DNA of 50,498 nt, the filler included, from an uncultured virus (IMG/VR IMGVR_UViG_2124908030_000007) (Duplodnaviria > Heunggongvirae > Uroviricota > Caudoviricetes). It is 8 parts of one record of this genome, joined end to end, with 100 filler letters (N's around TTAATTAATTAA, not from the genome) between each part and the next. Parts side by side here need not be neighbours in the genome. Positions count along the whole stretch, not along the records: positions 1 to 5,000 come from IMGVR_UViG_2124908030_000007; positions 5,101 to 10,518 come from IMGVR_UViG_2124908030_000007; 6 more parts are not named here. The stretch is one strand, 5' to 3'. Below, one piece after another: positions 1 to 9,123 of the stretch. A program made the position numbers and the translations under genes. Position 1 is the stretch's first letter; each line of letters opens with the position of its first letter. Below the pieces are notes generated by a model that was not told the DNA's origin, did not search any database, and was given only the letters and a program-made list of their open reading frames with translations.

Positions 1-79
1 TATAGCACGCTATATGTAGAGTATAGTTTAATTGATTATTATACTCCTTAACTGCTTCGACTAATTCCTCTTTTTCCAT
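1..79 (-). CDS. hypothetical protein, 5' part (MEKEELVEAVKEY..., runs off window)
   Basis: ATG at 79 downstream of a TTTATA-type promoter; frame open to window edge. Confidence 0.5.
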   Translation of the reverse strand, partial: MEKEELVEAVKEYNNQLNYTLHIACY

Positions 80-120
80 ATAGGTAGTACGTGTTACAAG
101 CTTATAAATCTTTTGAAAAA

Positions 121-207
121 CGCCGCGAACAGGATTCGAACCTGTAACCCTCTTCTAAGGGCGCACGGTTTTCAAAACCGCCTGACTTTACCGATGTCTA
201 TCACGGC
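121..207 (-). tRNA. tRNA-Ser(UGA)
   Basis: Cloverleaf GCCGTGA/TCGCGGC, anticodon loop TT-TGA-AA, long variable arm, GTTCGAATC T-loop, G73; no CCA; followed by T-tract. Confidence 0.93.
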
Positions 208-210
208 TCA

Positions 211-296
211 CGCCATGGGAAGGATTCGAACCCTCGGGCCATATCTCAGACCGTGAGATTAGCAGTCCCACTGAGCTTGCCTGACTCAACCACGGC
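211..296 (-). tRNA. tRNA-Ser(GCU)
   Basis: Acceptor GCCGTGG/CCATGGC, loop CT-GCT-AA, long variable arm, TTCGAAT T-loop; no CCA. Confidence 0.93.
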
Positions 297-299
297 TGA

Positions 300-372
300 T
301 AGTCCCAAACGGATTCGAACCGTTGTTGCGAGGTCCAAAGCCTCACATGATTGGCCGCTACATTATGGGACT
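300..372 (-). tRNA. tRNA-Gln(UUG)
   Basis: AGTCCCA/TGGGACT acceptor with archaeal A1-U72 pair, loop CT-TTG-GA. Confidence 0.93.
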
Positions 373-373
373 A

Positions 374-451
374 TTGGCGATGCCGGATTCGAACCGACGA
401 ATTTCCTCGTCCCAAACGAGGAGCCTTAGGCCAGACTCGGCTCAATCGCCA
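374..451 (-). tRNA. tRNA-Pro(UGG), slightly non-canonical
   Basis: Anticodon arm CCTCG-TT-TGG-GA-CGAGG, T arm GTCGG-TTCGAAT-CCGGC, acceptor TGGCGAT/ATCGCCA. Confidence 0.88.
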
Positions 452-577
452 TTACACTATTTCTCCATCATCTTTGTATGTTGTACCACAGTTGGTACAG
501 TAGTGATGACCTAGCACAAATGTTCCTCCAATATTCTCTTGTCCACACTCGGGACATTCGAAGCCGTCTATTTCCAT
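452..577 (-). CDS. 41-aa CPxCG-type zinc-finger microprotein
   Basis: Manual translation MEIDGFECPECGQENIGGTFVLGHHYCTNCGTTYKDDGEIV; own TTAAGT promoter at ~601-607. Confidence 0.85.
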   Translation of the reverse strand: MEIDGFECPECGQENIGGTFVLGHHYCTNCGTTYKDDGEIV

Positions 578-615
578 ACTAGAGGAAATGTACTATTGGC
601 ACTTAAGTTTTTTGT

Positions 616-731
616 AATTCAAGCCCACACATCGTGTCATTGAGAGCGTGGACTTCTAAAAAGAGATTTGACTCTCTGGTTGGGAGGGCTGACGCGAACG
701 CTGAGATGAACAGAGAGTCATCGTTGAACGT
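616..731 (-). ncRNA. candidate two-hairpin small RNA
   Basis: Strong promoter at 747-768; 10-bp stems 669-678/711-720 and 621-630/646-655 (G-U pairs only on minus strand); only a non-acidic 27-codon ORF. Confidence 0.45.
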
Positions 732-746
732 GTTATACCATTGTGG

Positions 747-768
747 CCGCAGGTACTTAAGTCTTTCG
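747..768 (-). promoter_or_regulatory. BRE-TATA promoter CGAAAGACTTAAGTACCTGCGG
   Basis: Haloarchaeal BRE (CGAAA) plus TATA (TTAAGTA); 21/22 identical to promoter at 34282-34303. Confidence 0.8.
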
Positions 769-769
769 G

Positions 770-1387
770 TTACTGCCTATTGTCCGATGGGTCTTTGTCT
801 GTTCCGTTAGCAATAACTGATCCACTTCCACCAGCACTGTTACTATTCTCTTCATTTGTGACAGTCACAGTCGCCGTAGCGGTGTCTGACGTGAACTCAG
901 TATTGAACCTATTGTCAGCACCATCGAGGTGTCCGTCAGTCGTAACAACAAGACGGAACTGAATATCCGTTGACTTGCTCTCACCGTCACCGCTTGGCTT
1001 GAAGTCTGGCTTAACGTAGTCTGTATTTGGCTCAACTACACTCACATCATTGAACGAGTATGAGTATGCTCCAGCAAGACCAAACAAGGTTTCTGTTTCA
1101 GTAGCAATAGTCTCCCAACTCCCGTCAGGATTCTTCACTTGTAGTTCCACATCTGTCTCGTCTGGTGGATTCTCTGCTCCGTCGTAAGTGATCTCACCAG
1201 ATGCGTCCACGGTAAGATCCGTGATTGCTCCATTGTCTGTCGTAATACTATCCCCATCCATTGTTAGTGATGCGGCAAGCACACCACCTGTACCGAATGA
1301 TAGCATAACGCCTGCTCCGACTAACAATGCTAGGATAATTGCGATTCCCCTCCGCTTCGAATCATTTTCTTCGTCTTTTTGTGTCAT
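770..1387 (-). CDS. secreted or membrane-anchored acidic beta-rich protein
   Basis: KRR plus hydrophobic signal segment, then Thr/Asp-rich beta-strand pattern. Confidence 0.8.
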   Translation of the reverse strand: MTQKDEENDSKRRGIAIILALLVGAGVMLSFGTGGVLAASLTMDGDSITTDNGAITDLTVDASGEITYDGAENPPDETDVELQVKNPDGSWETIATETETLFGLAGAYSYSFNDVSVVEPNTDYVKPDFKPSGDGESKSTDIQFRLVVTTDGHLDGADNRFNTEFTSDTATATVTVTNEENSNSAGGSGSVIANGTDKDPSDNRQ

Positions 1388-1429
1388 CGTTTGTAGTTAC
1401 GCTCCAAGTCGTATTAAGTGTTCCGGTTA

Positions 1430-1624
1430 TCAATCGCTAAAAATCCACTCGTCTATATACCAGAATATAATGGCACCAATAAAATGAACAATTGGAAACG
1501 CTATCCAGATAGGAAGCGCAAGGTATGTTGAGAACAAGAACATTGGTGCCATCATCAATATTGATGATAATTGCCATCTTAGGTGGTAGAAAGTATATTT
1601 CCGAAAATTAAACTCTTGGCACAC
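1430..1624 (-). CDS. small membrane protein
   Basis: Two hydrophobic helices; lies directly downstream of tRNA-Thr. Confidence 0.65.
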   Translation of the reverse strand: MCQEFNFRKYTFYHLRWQLSSILMMAPMFLFSTYLALPIWIAFPIVHFIGAIIFWYIDEWIFSD

Positions 1625-1628
1625 GTAA

Positions 1629-1701
1629 AGCCTGTGGTCGGATTCGAACCGACGACCTGAGTCTTACAAAGACCCCGCTCTCCCAACTAAGCTACACAGG
1701 C
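1629..1701 (-). tRNA. tRNA-Thr(UGU)
   Basis: GCCTGTG/CACAGGC acceptor, loop TT-TGT-AA, canonical D and T arms. Confidence 0.95.
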
Positions 1702-1707
1702 ACTTCA

Positions 1708-1781
1708 TGGACCAGCCGAGACTCGAACTCGGAGCTTCCTGCTTGCAAAGCAGGCGTTCTACCAATTAGAACTACCGGCCC
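1708..1781 (-). tRNA. tRNA-Ala(UGC)
   Basis: GGGCCGG/CTGGTCC acceptor with G3-U70 identity pair, loop TT-TGC-AA. Confidence 0.95.
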
Positions 1782-1837
1782 AAATATTTCGATGCTAATT
1801 ACGTATACGTACTCCTACTATTTAAGTCTTTCGGTCG

Positions 1838-2281
1838 TCAGAACTGTTTATCGTTCTCATCAAGTTCGTCTATGTGTTCTGAAACAAATTCGACATTCAA
1901 CGGTATCGGTGAATCAGACTTCATTGTATACGACAACGCTATCTCGAACGTCGAGCCATGATCAGACATACATGGAAGGATACTCTCTTTCTCCCACGCT
2001 GGACCAAAGCGTACTATCTCGTATCCAAAGTGGAGACAGAAGTCTTTCACAACGTCAGACGTGACGTATGGTGTATGGACAACAACCAGACCTTCTTCGA
2101 AGTCTGTAATTACACATTGGATTTCATCTCGCTCTGAGAGTAGCGAGACAGCCCGCTCATGCTGTTCTTCCGTGTATTCGTCTAACTGTCCACGCACGTT
2201 GTCGATGTCTCTTAGATCGGCTATACATGGCTCACAGAAGCAACGAGAACTTTCGTTCCCGCACGAATCACAGTTACTCAT
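1838..2281 (-). CDS. hypothetical protein with N-terminal Cys cluster
   Basis: Acidic ORF, CxxC...CxxC, overlaps upstream gene. Confidence 0.75.
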   Translation of the reverse strand: MSNCDSCGNESSRCFCEPCIADLRDIDNVRGQLDEYTEEQHERAVSLLSERDEIQCVITDFEEGLVVVHTPYVTSDVVKDFCLHFGYEIVRFGPAWEKESILPCMSDHGSTFEIALSYTMKSDSPIPLNVEFVSEHIDELDENDKQF

Positions 2282-2705
2282 TCACCCACTCTCGGATTGA
2301 TTCGACACCTTTGCTACCAACCCATGACACATCAGTTAACTCTTCGTCAGTTGCTTGTACAATGTCTGACGTTGTTTCGTAGCCATTGTTTCGTAGGTTG
2401 CTGGCAGCAGTCTCTCCAATGTAGTCGAGATTCTCGAACGGGATCTCTTCAGTCCCGTCGTCAACAGTCGTGACAGCAAATGGCTCTTCGTCTTCTTGAT
2501 AGTCGTATCGTCCACTCTCAACGTTTTTCTGAAACTCTCGACGACTCCCGAGACGATGACTCCGTTCAGTCTCGTTCTGAAGTACGTAGATATTACTGTC
2601 GATGTAAATTAATTGTATCTTCTCGCCCGTGCGCGAGTCTTTGTATACGTTACCAACCTCGATCTCGTGGGTTATCAAGTCTTCCATACGAGATATAAAG
2701 GACAC
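2274..2705 (-). CDS. protein with C-terminal helix-hairpin-helix domain
   Basis: LDYIGETAASNLRNNGY...ELTDVSWVGSKGVESI tandem HhH. Confidence 0.75.
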   Translation of the reverse strand: MSFISRMEDLITHEIEVGNVYKDSRTGEKIQLIYIDSNIYVLQNETERSHRLGSRREFQKNVESGRYDYQEDEEPFAVTTVDDGTEEIPFENLDYIGETAASNLRNNGYETTSDIVQATDEELTDVSWVGSKGVESIREWVNE

Positions 2706-2727
2706 TATCTACTTAAATCTTGTCCTA

Positions 2728-3048
2728 CTATCGAACAACGTCTCCGTTTTCGTGTGTTTCGAAACAGTTCGGGCAGACCCAATGTGTAGAGTTATTTACA
2801 CGACGTTGTACGATAGAAACATCTACTTCTGGTATTTCTTCGCCTTCTGGAACGACACAAAACTCGTCTGATTGGAACGCAAAATTGTATGTTGATTTCC
2901 GAGGTTCTTCCCATGTGTCGTACAATGTGGCATCATCAGGAAGCCCTTCCATAATTGTTAATTTACCAGTGAATAATTTCTCAATATTCTCACCAGCAAC
3001 AACAACTACACCAAGCCTCTTTCCTCTTTCTTTATCGTTATCAGTCAT
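2728..3048 (-). CDS. hypothetical protein
   Basis: Acidic ORF starting 4 nt after tRNA-Asn; C-terminal CPNC. Confidence 0.75.
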   Translation of the reverse strand: MTDNDKERGKRLGVVVVAGENIEKLFTGKLTIMEGLPDDATLYDTWEEPRKSTYNFAFQSDEFCVVPEGEEIPEVDVSIVQRRVNNSTHWVCPNCFETHENGDVVR

Positions 3049-3051
3049 TAC

Positions 3052-3124
3052 CGTCGTGCCAAGGAGTCGAACCTCGACTCTTCCCGGTAACAGCGGGCTG
3101 CCTTACCAATTAGGCCAGCACGAC
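3052..3124 (-). tRNA. tRNA-Asn(GUU)
   Basis: GTCGTGC/GCACGAC acceptor, loop CT-GTT-AC, TTCGACT T-loop; promoter at ~3170-3185. Confidence 0.92.
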
Positions 3125-3184
3125 AAACGTCCGTTGTGTCCAAGACAGTAAATATATTGTGCTATACTTACTTAAAAGTTTCGG

Positions 3185-3712
3185 TCAATAGTTTGACAGA
3201 GACTGTTGTTTGTACAATTCACCCTTGTCGTGAAGCTTCTTGAGAGAGTTGTACGTGTCATTGTTACGAGCCTCTTTCCACGCTTTTCTAAAGACGACGG
3301 CTGCCCGTCGCTTCGACGGATCAGCCCACTCTCCTGTCGTGTCAGGTCCGTGTGGCTGCTTCTGGTCGCCATTGTCCTTGTATTTCTCTCCACCCGGATA
3401 CTTGGCGTACCTCATAGCACGAGTGAATCCCATGTGAAGATACTTCTTTGCCATATCTGCTCCAACAAAATCTCTGTCATCGACGTACCAGTAGAACAAT
3501 CGAAGGATTCGATAGGCGCTTTTCTCTGCTGATTGTTTGTCTTTGTACGACCAGTGTGGAAGAATCTCGCTTTTATACGGCTCTGCTTTGAGGACTCCAA
3601 ACTGTCCTCGACCAATTGTGTATTCTTCAGGATTCTCTCGAAAGTTTGTCTCCCAATTCACTTCACCGTATGGTAGTGACGTTTCGCCGTTGTCACATTC
3701 TTGTGTACTCAT
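3185..3712 (-). CDS. DUF4385 family protein
   Basis: YTIGRGQFGVLKAEPYKSEILPHW and DMAKKYLHMGFTRAMRYA match the recalled family pattern. Confidence 0.8.
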   Translation of the reverse strand: MSTQECDNGETSLPYGEVNWETNFRENPEEYTIGRGQFGVLKAEPYKSEILPHWSYKDKQSAEKSAYRILRLFYWYVDDRDFVGADMAKKYLHMGFTRAMRYAKYPGGEKYKDNGDQKQPHGPDTTGEWADPSKRRAAVVFRKAWKEARNNDTYNSLKKLHDKGELYKQQSLSNY

Positions 3713-3757
3713 GTACTAAGACAATCGGTACACAATAGTAAAAAGATTACGATTTAC

Positions 3758-3898
3758 TTAAACGCGATACTTCTCTTTTGAAGTCTTGCCACAGTTATCG
3801 CAATGATACACGATAGTAATGGCAGTACCATGCTCCTCGTGTCTGATCGTTTCTGGATTATGATTTCCTTTAAGTTTACAAATTAGTCGATTTAGCAT
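3758..3898 (-). CDS. 46-aa zinc-finger microprotein
   Basis: Manual translation MLNRLICKLKGNH...YHCDNCGK. Confidence 0.65.
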   Translation of the reverse strand: MLNRLICKLKGNHNPETIRHEEHGTAITIVYHCDNCGKTSKEKYRV

Positions 3899-4095
3899 TG
3901 TTCTCCACAAGCATTACACTTTCCATTAATGTGTAAAAGTCGTGAGTGCCCACACTCTTGACACAAACCACTGTCTCTACTTTTGGCATCACACTTCTCT
4001 CCACAGATGTAACACCGTTCTTCTATTGAGTGTGCTATCTCGGGACAATCACACATGAAACATTTTTCGAATTTCATTGGAACGTTTCCTCCCAT
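3892..4095 (-). CDS. Cys-rich zinc-binding protein (true start possibly 4077)
   Basis: Multiple CxxC motifs. Confidence 0.65.
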   Translation of the reverse strand: MGGNVPMKFEKCFMCDCPEIAHSIEERCYICGEKCDAKSRDSGLCQECGHSRLLHINGKCNACGEQC

Positions 4096-4334
4096 GACTC
4101 CTCGAATGAAACTAACTCGCCGTGCTTCTGTTTATCATGTTCTTCGACAATCATCTCAAACAAGTCCATCTTTGACTGTGTTGAGATATGGTCTCCACTT
4201 AAGCTGAAGACTTTTTCGTCACACTCGTCACAGAACGCTGACGTTTCTTGATTGATTATGTCAAGAACGACAGTGTATCTTTTAAAAGTGTCGTTGATTA
4301 TAATGAACTTCTGAACGTTTGAATCTTCACCCAT
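4074..4334 (-). CDS. hypothetical protein
   Basis: Acidic ORF with CDEC, coupled to neighbours. Confidence 0.7.
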   Translation of the reverse strand: MGEDSNVQKFIIINDTFKRYTVVLDIINQETSAFCDECDEKVFSLSGDHISTQSKMDLFEMIVEEHDKQKHGELVSFEESWEETFQ

Positions 4335-4798
4335 TAGATCACGATTCGAACATCGGTGAATGCGTACTTGTCTTCCTCTCCCGGTTCAACGAATGTGTCA
4401 CTCTGTGGGTCCATGAGAAGAATCTCAAGCTCATCAGTGACGAGAATGTTATACGCATGGGTGCCTGACCAGTCAATGACAAGACCAAGCGTTGTGACAC
4501 CATACTCCTTCTGAGCGCCTGCCATGAAGCTCAGAGCGAAGTTCTCACAATCGTACTTCTCTTCAATAAACTCATGTGTCTCTGTATCATCTCGCTCGAC
4601 AACAGAACGCATATCCTCTTCTGAACAAGCATAGTAGTCAGAGTCTAACGAGTAGATGTTGTCCTCTTCTGTATCATGCTCGTCAAAGAAGTCGTTGATG
4701 GCATCTTCGACCTCTTCGTGATCTACTTCTGTTCGTTCAATTTCGTTTGGTTCATTACGTGATTGACGCCCACCGAATAGCAAGTCGAATAGTGACAT
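4334..4798 (-). CDS. papain/transglutaminase-like cysteine protease domain protein
   Basis: YDCENFA ... THAYN ... MDPQ gives a Cys-His-Asp triad; start set at MSLFDLL just after the promoter at ~4829. Confidence 0.65.
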   Translation of the reverse strand: MSLFDLLFGGRQSRNEPNEIERTEVDHEEVEDAINDFFDEHDTEEDNIYSLDSDYYACSEEDMRSVVERDDTETHEFIEEKYDCENFALSFMAGAQKEYGVTTLGLVIDWSGTHAYNILVTDELEILLMDPQSDTFVEPGEEDKYAFTDVRIVI

Positions 4799-4826
4799 TA
4801 GTGTACAGTGTAAATTACATCTCCAA

Positions 4827-5000
4827 TTACTTAAGTCTTTCGACTTCTGTGAGACAATCAGCAAGAACGTCTTCTTTTGATTGTTCTCCATCAATTCGTA
4901 CCGTTCTGTCTTCGTTTTGGACTAGTTCTTCGTAATTTGTTTTCACACGGTTGAGAAACTCTTTCGTTTCATATTTTTCATCACAGTCAGCACGTTCGAG
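4827..5000 (-). CDS. tmk: thymidylate kinase, C-terminal fragment
   Basis: Manual translation ...KYETKEFLNRVKTNYEELVQNEDRTVRIDGEQSKEDV resembles the dTMP kinase C-terminus; cut by linker. Confidence 0.7.
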   Translation of the reverse strand, partial: LERADCDEKYETKEFLNRVKTNYEELVQNEDRTVRIDGEQSKEDVLADCLTEVERLK

Positions 5001-5100
5001 NNNNNNNNNNNNNNNNNNNNNNNNNNNNNNNNNNNNNNNNNNNNTTAATTAATTAANNNNNNNNNNNNNNNNNNNNNNNNNNNNNNNNNNNNNNNNNNNN
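5001..5100. other. artificial contig linker N-TTAATTAATTAA-N (also 10519-10618, 33365-33464, 38913-39012, 43957-44056, 45024-45123, 48746-48845)
   Basis: Identical 100-nt spacers with stop codons in all six frames. Confidence 0.97.
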
Positions 5101-5831
5101 CGAAGCCCGAAGTTGCCGGAGTTGGCATGACCTTCGCAGAGAGCGAGGTTCGTCACATGGACGCATACAGCCACCTTCTCGACATTCTCGGCATCGAAGA
5201 AGAGTTTGAGCAAGTCACCGAGGTTCCGGCAATCAAAGGTCGGATGGAGTATCTGGACGACTGTCTTGAAGGAGCAGAGAGTGCTGAGAGAGACGAGTAT
5301 GCTCGTAGCATTCTCCTGTTCAGTACCTTCGTTGAACACGTCTCACTCTTCAGCCAGTTCCTCATTATGACAAGCTTTGACAAGTATCAGAAGACCTTCA
5401 AGGGTATCTCGAACGCTGTCGAAGCCACGTCGAAGGAGGAACAGATTCACGGTCTCTTCGGACAGAAACTCGTCGAGACTATCCGAGAGGAGAATCCAGA
5501 CCTTCTCGGTGACGACTTCGAGCAAGAAGTGAAGGAAGCGTGCCAGAAGGCATACGATGCTGAGATGGGCATCCTCGACTGGATCTTCAGCGAGGGCGAG
5601 CTAGACTTCTTGCCACGAGAGCATATCGATGAGTTTATGAAGGACCGTTTCAACCAGAGTCTTGAAAATGTTGGAGTCGAACCCATCTTCGAGACTGACG
5701 ACGACCTTCTCGAAGAGACTCGTTGGTTTGATGAAGACATTATGATGACGAAAGACAACGACTTCTTCAGCAAGCGGTCCACGACGTACAACAAGCACAC
5801 CACTAGCGTGACGACGAACGACATGTTCTAA
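5101..5831 (+). CDS. nrdB: class I ribonucleotide reductase beta subunit (5' truncated)
   Basis: Diiron motifs ESEVRHMDAY, VEHVSLFSQF, KEEQIH; C-terminal DFFSKRSTTY. Confidence 0.95.
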
Positions 5832-5832
5832 A

Positions 5833-7524
5833 ATGAACAAACAAAAACAATTCCCCGAACTTGTAGAACAGCACAGCGAGCCTTTCTATTGGCTCAATGA
5901 GAACAGTCGAGATTTTCTTGACAACGGCTACCTGCTCGAAGGAGTAGGAGCAGAAGAGCGAGTGAGACAAATCGCCGAACGAGCAGAAGAGATCCTCGGA
6001 GAAGACGGGTTCGCTGACAAATTCTACGACTACATGAGTCGTGGTTTCTACAGCCTCGCCAGCCCTGTCTGGTCGAACTTTGGCCTCGAACGTGGTCTTC
6101 CTATCAGTTGCTTTGGAAGCCACATTGAAGACAACATGGAGTCCATTCTGTACACTCACGCCGAGGTCGGTCAAATGACAAAGCTCGGTGGTGGCACAAG
6201 TGGCTATTTGGGCGACCTTCGTCCTCGTGGTGCCCCGATTACGAACAACGGTAAGAGCAACGGTTCATACTCGTTCACCCAATTGTTCGACACTGCTATC
6301 AATGTCGTGAGTCAGGGCGAGACTCGTCGTGGGCAGTTCGCTGGATACATCGACGTTGAGCATGACGACCTTGATGAGTGGCTCAATATCAAGACAGAAG
6401 GCGACCCGGTTCAGGATATTTATTACGGTGTCATCATCGGTGACGACTGGTTCGAGGCCATGGTCAACGGTGACGAAGAGAAGCGAGAGAAGTGGGCAAA
6501 GATTATCGAGACTCGTATCAACATTGGTGTGCCGTACATCATCTTCCGCGACAACATGAACGAGGGTAAGCCTCAGGTCTACAAGGATCGAGATTACCAG
6601 ATTAACGCGAGTAATCTTTGTACTGAGATTGCTCTCCCGGCGTCTCCTGACGAGAGTTTCGTCTGTTGCCTTTCGTCGATGAACGCGCTTCACTATGACG
6701 AGTGGAAGGACACTGATGCTGTCGAGACGCTGACGTACTTCCTTGATGCTGTCATGGAGGAGTTTATTCAGCAGTCTGAAGGGACTGAGTTTATGGAGCG
6801 TGCCGTTCGGTTCGCCAAACGTCATCGTGCTGTTGGGATTGGTGTCCTCGGTTGGCACAGCTACCTTCAAAGTAAGATGATTCCGTTCAACAGCCCTGAG
6901 GCGATGCAGGAGAATAACAAGGTCTTCAAGACTATCAAGGAGCGAAGCTATGAGGCAAGCGAAGAACTTGCTGACAAGTTCGGAGAGCCAGAGGTCATGG
7001 AAGGCTACGGTCGTCGTAACTCGACTACAATGGCTGTTGCTCCTACAAAGTCCAGCAGTATCATCCTCGGGCAAGTGAGTCCGAGTATTGAACCACTCAA
7101 GTCGAATTACTTCGTTCGAGACGGGGCAAAAGGGAAGAACACTCAAAAGAATCGCTTCCTTCAACAGCTTCTTGAGAACAAAAGCAAGAACACCCGACGT
7201 GTATGGGATAGTATCATGAACAATGATGGGAGTGTTCAGCACCTCGACTTCCTCTCAGACCACGAGAAAGACGTGTTCCGAAAGTTCTCGGAAATTCCTC
7301 AAATGTCTATCATCAAGCAGGCTGCTCAGAGACAGCAGTACATCGACCAAGCACAGAGCATCAACATCTCGGTCGATCCTGACGAGGTTAGCATTCGTGA
7401 CATTAACCAACTCTACATCGAAGCATGGGAGAGTGGCGTTAAGAGCCTCTATTACCAGAAGAGTGTCAATGCTGCTCAGAAGTTCAGTCAGGACATTCTT
7501 GACTGTGCTGCCTGTGAAGGATAG
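5833..7524 (+). CDS. nrdA: class I ribonucleotide reductase alpha subunit
   Basis: PISCF, GGGTS, ASNLCTEI, APTKSSS, KSLYY, C-terminal CAAC; no ATP cone. Confidence 0.97.
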   Translation: MNKQKQFPELVEQHSEPFYWLNENSRDFLDNGYLLEGVGAEERVRQIAERAEEILGEDGFADKFYDYMSRGFYSLASPVWSNFGLERGLPISCFGSHIEDNMESILYTHAEVGQMTKLGGGTSGYLGDLRPRGAPITNNGKSNGSYSFTQLFDTAINVVSQGETRRGQFAGYIDVEHDDLDEWLNIKTEGDPVQDIYYGVIIGDDWFEAMVNGDEEKREKWAKIIETRINIGVPYIIFRDNMNEGKPQVYKDRDYQINASNLCTEIALPASPDESFVCCLSSMNALHYDEWKDTDAVETLTYFLDAVMEEFIQQSEGTEFMERAVRFAKRHRAVGIGVLGWHSYLQSKMIPFNSPEAMQENNKVFKTIKERSYEASEELADKFGEPEVMEGYGRRNSTTMAVAPTKSSSIILGQVSPSIEPLKSNYFVRDGAKGKNTQKNRFLQQLLENKSKNTRRVWDSIMNNDGSVQHLDFLSDHEKDVFRKFSEIPQMSIIKQAAQRQQYIDQAQSINISVDPDEVSIRDINQLYIEAWESGVKSLYYQKSVNAAQKFSQDILDCAACEG

Positions 7525-7570
7525 CTGACCAAAACATTTAAGTTTTCGCAGACTCATTCTGTAGTATAGA

Positions 7571-7842
7571 ATGAGTTCACGAGCCTTTGTTCACGATAAG
7601 ACAACTGCTGGAGGAATTGATGTTAAACAATGTGTTTCCACTCCGCTAACATTTGACGAGTGGAGAAACAGAGTCGATCATGATTATCAGATCGACCTCT
7701 CAGCAGTCAACGACTACTTTTACGACGTTATCGACTTAGAGAAGTTAAGTCAAACAATAGGTATTGCTATCGAAAGACTAGATAATAATGTTTCAGAAGA
7801 AGACTGGACACGTTCGTTGAACCTTTACCTCGCTAATTGGCC
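7571..7842 (+). CDS. hypothetical protein (3' in gap)
   Basis: Leaderless ATG after TTTAAG promoter. Confidence 0.65.
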
Positions 7843-8735
7843 NNNNNNNNNNNNNNNNNNNNNNNNNNNNNNNNNNNNNNNNNNNNNNNNNNNNNNNNNN
7901 NNNNNNNNNNNNNNNNNNNNNNNNNNNNNNNNNNNNNNNNNNNNNNNNNNNNNNNNNNNNNNNNNNNNNNNNNNNNNNNNNNNNNNNNNNNNNNNNNNNN
8001 NNNNNNNNNNNNNNNNNNNNNNNNNNNNNNNNNNNNNNNNNNNNNNNNNNNNNNNNNNNNNNNNNNNNNNNNNNNNNNNNNNNNNNNNNNNNNNNNNNNN
8101 NNNNNNNNNNNNNNNNNNNNNNNNNNNNNNNNNNNNNNNNNNNNNNNNNNNNNNNNNNNNNNNNNNNNNNNNNNNNNNNNNNNNNNNNNNNNNNNNNNNN
8201 NNNNNNNNNNNNNNNNNNNNNNNNNNNNNNNNNNNNNNNNNNNNNNNNNNNNNNNNNNNNNNNNNNNNNNNNNNNNNNNNNNNNNNNNNNNNNNNNNNNN
8301 NNNNNNNNNNNNNNNNNNNNNNNNNNNNNNNNNNNNNNNNNNNNNNNNNNNNNNNNNNNNNNNNNNNNNNNNNNNNNNNNNNNNNNNNNNNNNNNNNNNN
8401 NNNNNNNNNNNNNNNNNNNNNNNNNNNNNNNNNNNNNNNNNNNNNNNNNNNNNNNNNNNNNNNNNNNNNNNNNNNNNNNNNNNNNNNNNNNNNNNNNNNN
8501 NNNNNNNNNNNNNNNNNNNNNNNNNNNNNNNNNNNNNNNNNNNNNNNNNNNNNNNNNNNNNNNNNNNNNNNNNNNNNNNNNNNNNNNNNNNNNNNNNNNN
8601 NNNNNNNNNNNNNNNNNNNNNNNNNNNNNNNNNNNNNNNNNNNNNNNNNNNNNNNNNNNNNNNNNNNNNNNNNNNNNNNNNNNNNNNNNNNNNNNNNNNN
8701 NNNNNNNNNNNNNNNNNNNNNNNNNNNNNNNNNNN

Positions 8736-9123
8736 CCACACAGACGGTTTGTGTGGTGTCGTCATCCTCTTCTAAATCTTCGACCTCTACGTACATGACG
8801 TGACCGTCTTCTCCGTATGGAGTAGTTATTTCAAACAATCCATCCTCTTTTAATGAATGGATAGCTGTTACGACTTCATCTCGTGCTTTGTTAATCGTAT
8901 TTATCTCTTCATCATAATCTTCCCAAAACGAGTGTTTCGGGTCCAGTATCGTCTCGCTCTGAACTGTTGGTGTAGCAGGATGACCTATTTCAACCAATCC
9001 GAGCATATGCTCAAGACGTGGCGTTCCTTCTTCAAGTGTGTCAATTTCTCGGCCACCAATCGCGTCTTGTAGCATCGGTACAATGTATTCTCTCAGGTCG
9101 GACATCGTATTTTCACTACTCAT
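8736..9123 (-). CDS. stand-alone paralog of the C-terminal domain of the MCM-like protein (3' end in gap)
   Basis: GREIDTLEEGTP..LGLVEIG..ETILDP..AIHSL aligns by eye with GETIDNIDEHDP..CGVVEMG..GTMFDP..AIHKL. Confidence 0.7.

Noticed and set aside
323..514. 63-aa plus-strand ORF
   Set aside because: Antisense to tRNA-Gln, tRNA-Pro and the zinc-finger gene.
5045..5056. Recurring TTAATTAATTAA palindrome
   Set aside because: Always centred in a 100-nt N spacer; an artificial contig linker.
6265..7242. 325-aa antisense ORF in nrdA and similar shadow ORFs
   Set aside because: Expected from codon bias; no promoter; non-acidic composition.
7571..9123. Long poly-X ORFs (also 24916-26219, 28303-29391)
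   Set aside because: Artefacts of translating N runs.
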